A stretch of DNA of 61,081 nucleotides, taken from the IMG/VR virus record IMGVR_UViG_3300039308_000035. One strand, written 5' to 3'. This DNA comes from a virus. Lineage: Duplodnaviria > Caudoviricetes. Positions 26,912 to 36,095 of the stretch are shown here, piece by piece. Each line of letters opens with the position of its first letter. Within the stretch, counting starts at the first letter, position 1. The notes beneath the pieces were generated by a model. It ran no database searches. It worked only from the letters and a program-made list of their open reading frames with translations, and was not told the origin of the DNA. Position numbers and translations under genes: made by a program.

Positions 26912-27544
26912 TTAGACCGTGGTGTTGCCGCGAACGGTCTGATAGAGCGATCGCACCTTTGCTTTCAGGTCAGTGCTGAGGCTAGACCAGTTGGGAAGCA
27001 GATGATCGCGAACGAGCGTGTTGTGACGAAGCAAATCACATTCGGGGTTGATCATTGCGTCAACGGTGTCGAATGCCAGCAGATAAATTTCGTCGTCCGT
27101 TGCTTCAGCAACACCGAAGTTGGTGCCAGCATCGCGCTCGGTATAGGTTCTGCCCACAAGCGTTCCAGCCTTCACAAGTTTTTTGCCGCAGATGCCACCA
27201 AAGGTTGCTGTCTCACTGCCTTCCAAATCTGCTGCTAGAGTGCCAACCATCGTGGTTGCTCCCTTCTTGGCTTTAGCAGAAAGGGTGAAAAACTCACCAG
27301 CGCCGAAGTTCAGAATGTATCCAGCTGGGATGTCATGCTTCAGTCCAGTAGTGAGCGTTAGGGTTTTGTTGGACCCTGCCACAACCGCGCCGACCGCTAA
27401 CGTAACGGTGAACGAATCAGAATAATTGAACTGGTCAGCGTCGAGGCGAGCGCCGCCAGGAATCAGATTTTGAGGACCGATCGCTTCTGCTGCCCAATTC
27501 GGCTGCATAAAGCTTTCGTCCATCTTCCATTCCATCTTTGCCAT
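26912..27544 (-). CDS. Head decoration protein
   Basis: Between scaffold and capsid; GKKLVKAGTLVG...YLLAFD motif. Confidence 0.7.
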   Translation of the reverse strand: MAKMEWKMDESFMQPNWAAEAIGPQNLIPGGARLDADQFNYSDSFTVTLAVGAVVAGSNKTLTLTTGLKHDIPAGYILNFGAGEFFTLSAKAKKGATTMVGTLAADLEGSETATFGGICGKKLVKAGTLVGRTYTERDAGTNFGVAEATDDEIYLLAFDTVDAMINPECDLLRHNTLVRDHLLPNWSSLSTDLKAKVRSLYQTVRGNTTV

Positions 27545-27588
27545 GATTGTTTAGAGATAAATTGACAGAGGGCGCTCGCCAGGAGCAA

Positions 27589-28260
27589 TTATTTGTCGGT
27601 CTTTCCCACCAATTGATCAGCCGTCTTGCCGTAAACGCTGTCGAGATATGACCTGGAAGGGCGATCGTCTTTGCCAGCTCCACCATTCGGTGAACCGCTA
27701 GGCAGCTTAGGCGGAGATTTCTCTTGCTTCTGCTGAGTTGGAAATAGTGCTGGGACAAAGCCTTTTAGCTCTTCATCAGCTTCAACAAACTCACGCAACG
27801 ACTTGTCACCGAGCTTTACAGCATCGCCGTCGATCGTCATCTCGCTCACCTTGTCGCCCAGCAGCCGCTTCAGCACCTTTGCATCAGCACCAACTTTGGC
27901 AGCAACTTCGCTCAACTTTGTGACAGATTCGAGGTCTTTAACTTTGCTCTCTGCTGTAGTCGCACGAGTTTCTAGCTCAGTAACTTTCGTCTGAGCCGTT
28001 TTGGAGCTATCAACTAATTCCTTAACTTTGGGTTCCAGGGCTGATTCCAGATCATCACCTGTTACTCCAACCAGCTTGGCGATCGCCTCAACGACTGCTT
28101 GCAATGCTCGTGCCTTGCTGCCGTTTTTGCGACTCTCGCCGATGGTGTCGTAGGATTTCTCTTCTAACTTGGAAACGTGCCCTTCGATCGATGAAACCAG
28201 TTCATCAATGTTGTCAGCGTCAAGCTTTTTGAGGGCAGCGATCGCGGCTTTAAAGTCCAT
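27589..28260 (-). CDS. Capsid scaffolding protein
   Basis: Coiled coil with Pro/Gly C-terminal tail, upstream of decoration and capsid. Confidence 0.7.
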   Translation of the reverse strand: MDFKAAIAALKKLDADNIDELVSSIEGHVSKLEEKSYDTIGESRKNGSKARALQAVVEAIAKLVGVTGDDLESALEPKVKELVDSSKTAQTKVTELETRATTAESKVKDLESVTKLSEVAAKVGADAKVLKRLLGDKVSEMTIDGDAVKLGDKSLREFVEADEELKGFVPALFPTQQKQEKSPPKLPSGSPNGGAGKDDRPSRSYLDSVYGKTADQLVGKTDK

Positions 28261-28286
28261 TGTGGGAATGCCATTAATTCTGTGGC

Positions 28287-28295
28287 AGAGTTCCC
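28287..28295 (-). promoter_or_regulatory. J-box-like late promoter element GGGAACTCT
   Basis: 27 nt upstream of the scaffold ATG. Confidence 0.65.
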
Positions 28296-28296
28296 A

Positions 28297-29133
28297 CTAT
28301 TCGCCAAACGTCAGGACATCAACGTAATAAGGATTGCCGTCACTATCAACTCCAGCTAAAGCTTGAGATTGCCTGAGAAAGCCTGTGTCTTGTATCTCCT
28401 TCTTTTCCCAGTCTTCGCACTCATCTCCATCTGGTCCATAGGGATACATTGCACAGACTAGAAGATTGGTGCCCTGCTCTCCATTGTGCGATCGTCCATA
28501 AAAGTGTTTGCATCCCTGGCAAGCTTTAGGACTGGAGGGTGGAACCATGTGACTTCTATGGAGGCTGAACGTCGAGCTGTGCCTGGCAATTCGCTGATGC
28601 TCAACTTCAGAAACTCGTAGAATGTATCGGCAGTAATTTTCGCCACGCTCAACCATGCCGCTTGTTACAGGCACTCGTAGCCTTACTATCCACTCGCAAG
28701 GGCAGTCGTAGCCTGCTTGCATGTGAGACTCTAAAACCTCACCTAGTACAGGGATTCCATCAACAAACAGTCGATCGCCAACAATCTCCACTGATCTGTA
28801 AAACAGCAACTCAACGACTGCTGCGATTCTATCTTCAGCAAAAGTCTCTAAGGATGTGACCGCCACCTGAATTTGATGGCTGCCTGACTCCAGATAGAAT
28901 TCATGGTTTCCAAAGTCGATCGTCCAGGTCTGTTCTAGGGGAAGCTCTACTAGCGATCGATTGGAATGCATGGCAATCCTGCCTGATAACCGATAATCGA
29001 ACAAGCTTAACTCTAATTCTTCAATTGACACTCCAGCCTTGCTGAAAACTTGCAAACCGTGGGCAATCGCTTCACGTGCCTCCCAATTCTTCACAAATTT
29101 TCCACCTGCAATTCTGCCGTAGGTTTGCGCCAT
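28297..29133 (-). CDS. Hypothetical protein with Cys-rich C-terminal domain (DUF6464-like)
   Basis: CQGCKHFYG...LVCAMYPYGP...CEDWE. Confidence 0.6.
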   Translation of the reverse strand: MAQTYGRIAGGKFVKNWEAREAIAHGLQVFSKAGVSIEELELSLFDYRLSGRIAMHSNRSLVELPLEQTWTIDFGNHEFYLESGSHQIQVAVTSLETFAEDRIAAVVELLFYRSVEIVGDRLFVDGIPVLGEVLESHMQAGYDCPCEWIVRLRVPVTSGMVERGENYCRYILRVSEVEHQRIARHSSTFSLHRSHMVPPSSPKACQGCKHFYGRSHNGEQGTNLLVCAMYPYGPDGDECEDWEKKEIQDTGFLRQSQALAGVDSDGNPYYVDVLTFGE

Positions 29134-29146
29134 AGCCCAGCCAAAC

Positions 29147-29347
29147 TCATGCTGTCACTTTAATCCAGAAATCCACCTTTGCGTCAGGGTTTGACCCTGC
29201 CAACTGAAACACGATCGCCAGCAACTCACTGGTTGTCATCTCTGCATCATCTTCCCGCTGAATCACCACTGAGCAGCCAGGAATCGGAAAGTTACGCTGC
29301 TGCGGGGTCTGTTGTTCGGGTTGCTGATTTGTTGTTTCCGGTTCCAT
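29147..29347 (-). CDS. Small hypothetical protein
   Basis: 66 aa with GAGGAG RBS, overlapping the portal 3' end. Confidence 0.5.
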   Translation of the reverse strand: MEPETTNQQPEQQTPQQRNFPIPGCSVVIQREDDAEMTTSELLAIVFQLAGSNPDAKVDFWIKVTA

Positions 29348-30767
29348 TGTTTAACTCCTCATCTCCGTTATCACCAGGCGATCGCTTCGGTGGCGCTGAC
29401 TCCTTCGATAGTTCTTCGTCAATCAGCGCCAGCTCTGCATCCACATCATCCACGCTGCCCAGTTTGGCGATCGCCGTTGCCTTGCTCATTAGCCCTGCCT
29501 GGAATTCCTTAACCACCGCATCTTTCTCTTCAGCAGACAGCTTGCCAGTGGTGATCCGCAGCTGCACCACAACCTCTAAATCGGTGTAACCCAAGATTCG
29601 CAGCACAATGTTCAGGATGTTGGCGATCGCGCTCTCCACCTTCCGCTTCCAGCCTTGCAGAAATAATTCAAAGCCCTGGCGCATCTGGATACGTGACTCA
29701 CCCGACAGCCCAGCATCACCTGTGTCTAGCAGATGACCTTGTTTAAACGCGAGATAGAGCAAAATGCGATCGATCTCAATCGAGTCTTTAAACGTGCTGA
29801 CTGCCACCGGCTCTGACTCGTGAACTGAAGGCGTGGTGTAGGTAGGGTTCATCGGATCACCCGTTGGCACACCGTAAACATAGCGATCGATTCCGGGTCC
29901 TCGTTCTAGGGGTTCGGTACTGGGAACGAATCGTTGCCCACCTGGTGCGGTTGGATCATCCACCCATTCGCCAGGTGCTTGAGCATTCAAAAACACGCTC
30001 TCACGAAAGCCCGATAACTCATTGTTTCTGAGCTTCATCGTCAGCGCATGGTTGATGCTGTTCTGCAATTTTTTGATGGATGGCGTGAGCAAGCTGGGTC
30101 CCTGAATCTGCTGGATTGTCCATCTGCCATCTGCGTCGATTTCCAGGGGCTCACCCTCTTGATCTTCACCATCAGTTACGGTGACAACGACCTGCCCTTG
30201 CTCGTTGATCTGTTGCGTCTCTTTCTTGTTGGTGCCGTAGGTGTAGGCGATCGACTCAATAAAACCGTCATCATCGCGATCGACCTTGACTGAACCAACT
30301 TTGGGCGAGTGTAGGTGGATGTGGTGAATGGGGTCAGCATCATTCTCATATTTGCGCGGCTGCCATAAACGCAGATTGCCTTCGCCCGTCACGCCTAGAG
30401 ACAGAACACATTCACTCCAGGGGTCAGCTTGACGAAAATTTGTGGTTGCAGGGTCAGCGGCGATCGATTGCTGGTTCACCCAATCAAGCCAGCGTTGCAG
30501 CTCAACCTCTGCTTCTGCTGCCTTGACTCGCTTGCCTTTGGAGTCTTTAAGCGACCAGGTGAAGGGCTGGGAAATGAGTCCATCTTTCCAGTTATCAACA
30601 CACTCAGAGATGATGTTGGCTGACTGAAAGACACGCTCAAGTTGCGCCAATTTTTCGGCAGCATTTGGGACAGTGGGAGGAATTGTGGGCCCTACCCAGC
30701 TCGACCAATGGTCACCCAGGTAATAATTGAGATTCTCTTGAGCCTGTTTCTGAAAGTTGGGTTGCAT
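29292..30767 (-). CDS. Portal protein
   Basis: Follows the large terminase; NYYLGDHW, LSGESR, MSKATAIAKLG...DVDAELALI (SPP1-type); ATG 30767 with AGGAATTCT element at 30796-30804. Confidence 0.85.
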   Translation of the reverse strand: MQPNFQKQAQENLNYYLGDHWSSWVGPTIPPTVPNAAEKLAQLERVFQSANIISECVDNWKDGLISQPFTWSLKDSKGKRVKAAEAEVELQRWLDWVNQQSIAADPATTNFRQADPWSECVLSLGVTGEGNLRLWQPRKYENDADPIHHIHLHSPKVGSVKVDRDDDGFIESIAYTYGTNKKETQQINEQGQVVVTVTDGEDQEGEPLEIDADGRWTIQQIQGPSLLTPSIKKLQNSINHALTMKLRNNELSGFRESVFLNAQAPGEWVDDPTAPGGQRFVPSTEPLERGPGIDRYVYGVPTGDPMNPTYTTPSVHESEPVAVSTFKDSIEIDRILLYLAFKQGHLLDTGDAGLSGESRIQMRQGFELFLQGWKRKVESAIANILNIVLRILGYTDLEVVVQLRITTGKLSAEEKDAVVKEFQAGLMSKATAIAKLGSVDDVDAELALIDEELSKESAPPKRSPGDNGDEELNNGTGNNKSATRTTDPAAA

Positions 30768-30802
30768 GTGGGAATGGGCGATCGCTCTATCCGTCAGAAT
30801 TC

Positions 30803-32176
30803 CTACCAATTGCGTTGAGATACAGGCATAGGACGACGACGGTTAGGTGCTGGCTGAATCAATGGACCAAGGGCATATCTAACTGCATCCCAACAGTGAT
30901 TATGGGCATCCACAACGATCGACGAAATATCGCCACTTAAACGATCGACCTTGTAGGAATACAATCGCGCTTCTTCTGCGGTGCGCTTGCAACGTGGGTG
31001 AATCACAATCTTCTGATAACTTTGCAAATGGGCAATGCCATCTTCGACAGAGCCAGCCCACTTTTTCACGCCTACCAGTTGTGGAATAGGGGGACAGCCT
31101 TTGTCCTGATTGCTTGCTGGACGGCCTCTGCGAACATGACTGATTGATTCAGGACGTGAATTATCTGCTCGCACTGGATAGCGATCGATGTCAGGAACGT
31201 CGGCAATCCACAGCGCAGCAGTATCATCTAGCTCAAGGTGATGAGCATAGCTTTCATGCTCAACATAGAGACGCCGTTGGTAAATCCACACCCGCACAGC
31301 CGTTGTAGGGTCGCTGCCAAATCCCCAGTCAGCTCCATGATACGGACCGTCCCAATCTCCGCCAGGCTCGAACTCATCCACAACCCATTTGCCATTGAGA
31401 ATTTGAGCGTCTGATTTCTCCCACAGTCCGCCCTCCCAAATGTGTTCGTGCGCGTCTGGGTCAGTCGCTAAGAGCGATCGCCGTTCTTCATCCAAAACCT
31501 TTGTAAAATGTGGGTTGCGATTCCAATTAACCTTTTCAACGTAGGCGGTTTTCCGTTTCTTTTCGACCAGCTCAACCCAAACTTTGTCAGTCTTGTTCAA
31601 TGGGTTAAATGTCACCCAGACTTCACTGCCCTCTTCCCGAATTGTTGGGATAAGCACATCCCATGATTCAGCCGAAATCGTTTGCCCTTCTTCAATCCAG
31701 AGGTGGGTGATACCTGCCATTGATTTGATTGATTGGATATTGCGGCGGACGCCCTTAAAAATAAATGCGCTGCCGTTAGCACCCAAAATAGTTGCATCTT
31801 GGACTTGGTAAAACTTCTCCAAGTTGAGAGCTGAAATCCGTTCCTTTAAAAGAGCGTGAACTGATTCCTTAATCGATACCTGGAATTCGCGAGCGCAAAG
31901 CACTCGAATTCTGCGAATCAGTCCAGTAATGAGCAGGGCATCAGCAGCGGCATACGACTTTCCAGAGCCACGGCCACCCCACAGACATTTGTAGCGAACT
32001 GGAAGCAGTAACGGTTGTGCCCAGTCGGTCAGCCCTAGCGAGAGTGTTGCTGCGAGTTCACGACGATCGTTTGCCTCTCCCAGAAACATTGCAGCACTGG
32101 CGATCGCCTCATCAACTAATGTTTCGCTATACGAAAAATCAGGATGCTCATCCCAAACGAATTCCAAGCCATCCAT
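30803..32176 (-). CDS. terL: Terminase large subunit (PBSX family)
   Basis: Walker A GGRGSGKS, Walker B LWIEE, nuclease GADWG and HCWDAVRYA. Confidence 0.95.
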   Translation of the reverse strand: MDGLEFVWDEHPDFSYSETLVDEAIASAAMFLGEANDRRELAATLSLGLTDWAQPLLLPVRYKCLWGGRGSGKSYAAADALLITGLIRRIRVLCAREFQVSIKESVHALLKERISALNLEKFYQVQDATILGANGSAFIFKGVRRNIQSIKSMAGITHLWIEEGQTISAESWDVLIPTIREEGSEVWVTFNPLNKTDKVWVELVEKKRKTAYVEKVNWNRNPHFTKVLDEERRSLLATDPDAHEHIWEGGLWEKSDAQILNGKWVVDEFEPGGDWDGPYHGADWGFGSDPTTAVRVWIYQRRLYVEHESYAHHLELDDTAALWIADVPDIDRYPVRADNSRPESISHVRRGRPASNQDKGCPPIPQLVGVKKWAGSVEDGIAHLQSYQKIVIHPRCKRTAEEARLYSYKVDRLSGDISSIVVDAHNHCWDAVRYALGPLIQPAPNRRRPMPVSQRNW

Positions 32177-32831
32177 TTTTGATTTTGTCTAGCGTGGGTT
32201 GGTCGTCGATATTAGCCTGAACCACTCGCGCCATTTCGGTCATGACTCGCATTAGATCAGGACGGCTGATAGCATTGGCATTCCGCAGCTTTTCAATGCG
32301 CTCTACAATCTTGGTAATCTCGCTCACGACGCGGTAAGCATCAGAGATATCCAGCACTTGAGTCGGCTTGTGCTCTTGAGCCGCAATGAATGAGTTAACG
32401 AACTTCCGGGCACCTTCCAGCATCTTTTCTCGAAACTCTGGTAGCTCTTCATCACCCAGCAGCTCTTCGTAATCATCGATCGCCCGCATACAATCAGCGG
32501 CGCTGCCTTTAATTGCCTGGAAGTAGTGATGCCATGCCACCAGAGCCTCAATGAACTCGTCATAGCGCTCAATGAAGTCTTGAAATAATGCTCTCGCTGC
32601 TGCCAGTTCAGGAAAGATGTTGAGCGGGTCTGGATCAGCTTCGTGCTCTTCAATCAGCGATCGTAGCTGCTCACGTTTGACCTTGGAATAACGACCGTGA
32701 ATTGCGGGTCTACCCCCACCTGCACCATGCATCCGACAGACGGAAAAGCCTGTTACTGCTGGATTACAGCAGCGTTCTCCAGTTTGCTTAGAAGTGGCAG
32801 TACATTGTTGTTGGCGATCGTTGAGTGGCAC
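32148..32831 (-). CDS. terS: Terminase small subunit (HGGxSTG-like Zn motif)
   Basis: Upstream of terL; CTATSKQTGERC...CRMHGA...HGRYS. Confidence 0.75.
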   Translation of the reverse strand: MPLNDRQQQCTATSKQTGERCCNPAVTGFSVCRMHGAGGGRPAIHGRYSKVKREQLRSLIEEHEADPDPLNIFPELAAARALFQDFIERYDEFIEALVAWHHYFQAIKGSAADCMRAIDDYEELLGDEELPEFREKMLEGARKFVNSFIAAQEHKPTQVLDISDAYRVVSEITKIVERIEKLRNANAISRPDLMRVMTEMARVVQANIDDQPTLDKIKNGWLGIRLG

Positions 32832-32877
32832 TTGTATGGGGTTTCTAGCGAAACGCTGCTTGTATAGGGTTTCCGCT

Positions 32878-32919
32878 AGGGTTCCCGGTTGCGATCGTCA
32901 CAATAGTTTCGGGCATTCT
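32878..32919. promoter_or_regulatory. Divergent J-box-like elements
   Basis: GGGAACCCT on minus (32878-32886) before terS; GGGCATTCT on plus (32911-32919), 26 nt before ATG 32945. Confidence 0.5.
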
Positions 32920-32944
32920 AGACCCGGTGTTCAGATCTCCAGTT

Positions 32945-33145
32945 ATGTCCTTTGATTTACAGCTTCAAAACCAGCAACTACTCGCGGATATCGATCGGCT
33001 CCACATTGGCGATGCCGAGTCCATGGAGGGCAATCGAGCGATTCTACAGCGACTGCATCAGGCAGAGGGACTGGAAGGATGGAGTGACACGGCAACGAAG
33101 CCAATAAAAAACACCCCTAGAACAGGGGCGCGGCAGGACAATTGA
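32945..33145 (+). CDS. Small hypothetical protein
   Basis: ATG 32945 downstream of a J-box-like element. Confidence 0.4.
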   Translation: MSFDLQLQNQQLLADIDRLHIGDAESMEGNRAILQRLHQAEGLEGWSDTATKPIKNTPRTGARQDN

Positions 33146-33159
33146 CATGGAGAGGAAAA

Positions 33160-33453
33160 TTAGGCAGCGATCGAGTCGTTTCCTGAAACCAGTTCCTTGA
33201 ACAGCTTCCCAGCGCTGAACGCAGGCACTTTTGTCTCAGGAATCGTCATTGCTTCACCTGTCTTTGGATTACGACCTTCCCGCTCTTTGCGCTCGCGTGG
33301 CTCGAAGGAGCCGAAGCCTACCAGCGTCACCTTATCGCCACTGGCGACAGCTTCCATGATGGAGTCGATCGCGGCAGTCAGAACAGCATCAGCCTGCTTC
33401 TTCGTGACATCTGCCTTCTCTGCAATTTTGTCTACCAGTTCGCCTTTGTTCAT
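33160..33453 (-). CDS. hup: DNA-binding protein HU
   Basis: MNKGELV...VTLVGFGSF...GRNPKTGE...VPAFSAGK; terminator-like hairpin at about 33106-33131. Confidence 0.97.
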   Translation of the reverse strand: MNKGELVDKIAEKADVTKKQADAVLTAAIDSIMEAVASGDKVTLVGFGSFEPRERKEREGRNPKTGEAMTIPETKVPAFSAGKLFKELVSGNDSIAA

Positions 33454-33650
33454 AAGCCTCAACTTCTAAATCCTTATCGGGATTATAGCGATTCGATCGA
33501 AGGCTGAAACTATTGCTCCGTCGTTCTTAATATTCTGAAACCTGCATTCTACCGTTATGCATAGATTATTTTCTTTTAGGTAGAGAATCTAGACAATTGT
33601 CTTGACTCCTAAGATTTGCTTCAAAGCTTAAGAAAGCATTAGAAATACAT

Positions 33651-33668
33651 CACTTGATATATCAAGTG
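33651..33668. promoter_or_regulatory. Perfect 18-bp palindrome, candidate operator
   Basis: CACTTGATATATCAAGTG upstream of the HTH gene; AGACAATTGTCT at 33591-33602. Confidence 0.55.
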
Positions 33669-33705
33669 CAGCTAGTTTAAATGAACTATTGCAGTCATTG
33701 AAGAT

Positions 33706-33918
33706 ATGCTGCGTGCAGAACAACCAGCAATTGGAAAAACTATTCTCGAACTGCGGCAGCAGATGGGTCTGACGCAAGGCGATTTTGCAGCAAAGATTGG
33801 GGTTTCCTGGCTAACCGTGAATCGCTGGGAAAATGGTCGGAACAAGCCGTCAGCAATAGCTTTAAGGCAGATAGAGAAATTATTGAAAAAGAAGGGCAAT
33901 CGCAATCCTCAGGAATAG
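33706..33918 (+). CDS. XRE-family HTH regulator
   Basis: LRQQMGLTQGDFAAKIGVSWLTVNRWENGRNKPS. Confidence 0.9.
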   Translation: MLRAEQPAIGKTILELRQQMGLTQGDFAAKIGVSWLTVNRWENGRNKPSAIALRQIEKLLKKKGNRNPQE

Positions 33919-33952
33919 AAGCGATCGCCCTGACTTGTATTAACTAACTAGC

Positions 33953-34798
33953 ATGAGTATACGACGCAAGATTTTGAACCACTATAAACGCTGGAACATA
34001 CAGGTTGATGAGCAAAAAGCTTTTGGAAAATTTAAAAACCGCGTACTTAACTGTGTTGGCTTAATTCTTAAAGAGCCATACCGAAGCAAGTGTGCTCCTT
34101 ACTTTGCCGATTTGTATGGCAGTCGATATGAATTGAATTCAATAGAAACTACACTGCGAGAGCTTAATAACTCTTTTGCAACCTCATGTATAGGACAAGC
34201 TATTGCCCAAGCTGAAAACCTCCCAGAATTGGCAACGGCATTGCAGTTCATGTTTATGACACTTGAGCAAAACGGACCACATCTTTTAGGTCCCATTGCT
34301 GCAAGCATCCAAACTGCCATCGACATTTCTCCTTTCATAGACCTCAAAATAGTTAAGCAAGGAAACTCAGTTATTTTTTATCCATCTGGAGCGAAGCTGA
34401 TGGATGAAGGTGTAGTTAACGATGTTTTAGAGTGGCTTGAAGGATATCCAAAAGTATCAAAGCACTTTCAGCAAGCACTTGAGATCTATTGGAAAAAGGA
34501 CAAGAGTAAATACAGAAACCTCCTGGACAATCTACGTCTAGCGATCGAGCTGCTTCTTAAAGATGTGCTGAATAACAAAAAACCTCTGGAAAAGCAAAAA
34601 GAAGATCTTCTTAAATGGCTTGCTGGTAAGGGGATTCACAAACAGATAATTAACTCCTATGAGAAACTTCTTTTTGGCACATATGTCCAGTATCAGAACG
34701 ATGCTGTAAAACACAACGAAGCATTTAGCGAGGATGAGGTTGAGTTCATCATTTACTTGACTGGCACCTTTATGCGCCTAGTACTTCAACTTGCGTAG
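33953..34798 (+). CDS. Putative anti-phage protein with AbiJ/HEPN-like C-terminus
   Basis: AT-rich; LDNLRLAIELLLK...YQNDAVKH...EVEFIIYLT. Confidence 0.55.
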   Translation: MSIRRKILNHYKRWNIQVDEQKAFGKFKNRVLNCVGLILKEPYRSKCAPYFADLYGSRYELNSIETTLRELNNSFATSCIGQAIAQAENLPELATALQFMFMTLEQNGPHLLGPIAASIQTAIDISPFIDLKIVKQGNSVIFYPSGAKLMDEGVVNDVLEWLEGYPKVSKHFQQALEIYWKKDKSKYRNLLDNLRLAIELLLKDVLNNKKPLEKQKEDLLKWLAGKGIHKQIINSYEKLLFGTYVQYQNDAVKHNEAFSEDEVEFIIYLTGTFMRLVLQLA

Positions 34799-34799
34799 C

Positions 34800-35660
34800 T
34801 CACAGAGCTAAGAATCCGCCAGAACTTTCATTAGGGTGGACATGTAAATACTTACTAGTCGTTGCCACGCTGCTATGTCGGAGCGTCTGCTGCACCAATG
34901 CGATCGATGCACCCCGATCAAGCGCATGAGAGGCGTGGCAGTGCCTTAGCCAGTGACAGCTTGCTTCCAGTCCAGCCCGATGAGCAGCCCGTTTCACGAT
35001 GCGCCATGCTTGCGAGCGGTGAAGCTGCTGCCTGGTGGTGGAAGGAAACACAAACGAATCTGGAATGCGATCGCCCTCTAATGTCTGCAACTCCTGCCAG
35101 ACGATCGAAGGCAGCAACACAACTCCAGTCTTGCCACCTTTGCCGAATACCGTGATTTGCCCAGTGCCGTTTCGAGGTTGTAGATCTCGCCACCGCAACT
35201 CACACAGTTCCGAGATTCGCAACGCTCCAGCATAGAGCAGCCGTAACATGACGCGATGTTGGGGATGGGGCTCTAGAGTGAGCATTTGCCGCACCTGGTC
35301 TTCAGTCAGAATGCGCTCAGCCAATGTATTCTTGACCTTTGGAGCTTTAATTGGTGCAGCAACGTTCCATTGCACATAGCCGATTCTGTGAGCAAAGCTG
35401 AACAAAGACTTAATTGTATTCGTAGCGCGTGCTTGACTTGCTGGAGCCAGGTGAGCGATCGTCTCCAGGTAGGCTTGCAAATCTCCCAGTTTCACCTGGC
35501 TCAATGGCATATTGACAGACTTGATGAACCTTCCAGCTTCGTAGCGGTAAGCATCTTGGGTTGTTCGTGCCTTTCCATGCAGCCATAGTGCAATCAGTTG
35601 ATCATCACTCGCAGCTTGAGCAGGTTGCATGCTTGCATGCTTGTGTACAAGGTTAGACAT
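34800..35660 (-). CDS. Xer/ResD-type tyrosine recombinase
   Basis: 286 aa; GALRISEL, GKGGK, HWLRH, LRHSSVATTSKY; no arm-binding domain. Confidence 0.93.
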   Translation of the reverse strand: MSNLVHKHASMQPAQAASDDQLIALWLHGKARTTQDAYRYEAGRFIKSVNMPLSQVKLGDLQAYLETIAHLAPASQARATNTIKSLFSFAHRIGYVQWNVAAPIKAPKVKNTLAERILTEDQVRQMLTLEPHPQHRVMLRLLYAGALRISELCELRWRDLQPRNGTGQITVFGKGGKTGVVLLPSIVWQELQTLEGDRIPDSFVFPSTTRQQLHRSQAWRIVKRAAHRAGLEASCHWLRHCHASHALDRGASIALVQQTLRHSSVATTSKYLHVHPNESSGGFLAL

Positions 35661-35684
35661 TTGAATTATAAACTCGTCAAATCT

Positions 35685-35724
35685 AGAGTTCCTGATGTGT
35701 AACTAAATGGCTCTTATGTTGCAG
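35685..35724. promoter_or_regulatory. J-box variant (AGGAACTCT on minus, 35685-35693) abutting a dif-like 28-bp site (35697-35724)
   Basis: GTGTAACTAAA-TGGCTC-TTATGTTGCAG, 11-6-11 layout. Confidence 0.55.
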
Positions 35725-35824
35725 GCATACTCATATCCGTAAGCTGATAGGAAAGAGGGTACTTTAAAGCGGATTTGCTGTTCATTTGTCAGACTGAAAG
35801 TAAGCCGATTTCCGCTGCAATTCA

Positions 35825-35956
35825 ATGGCTAAATACTTACACCGCTGCCAAGGATGCGATCGACAATTTGAGACCTCAGATGAAAAACAATGGGTCTGCC
35901 CTCGATGCCAGGTAGAGCCTACAACTAAGCTTCCTAAGAAGAAGCGTAGTAAATAG
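35825..35956 (+). CDS. 43-aa zinc-ribbon protein (absent from the ORF track)
   Basis: MAKYLHRCQGCDRQFETSDEKQWVCPRCQVEPTTKLPKKKRSK. Confidence 0.6.
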   Translation: MAKYLHRCQGCDRQFETSDEKQWVCPRCQVEPTTKLPKKKRSK

Positions 35957-36095
35957 CACAAATAGCAGCTGATTGCCTCATTTTTTATACGGCTCCCTTG
36001 GGGAAAGAAAAGCACCGATCGAGTACAAACGTAGAGGTTAAAAAAGTGGCTTCTATCCAAAGTGGTAGAAGCCGCAGTTTTTGTTTAAATGTTTT

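Noticed and set aside
34800-35660. Recombinase as the prophage integrase marking an att boundary
   Set aside because: Short Xer-like protein without an arm-binding domain; phage genes continue on both sides and no att duplication was found
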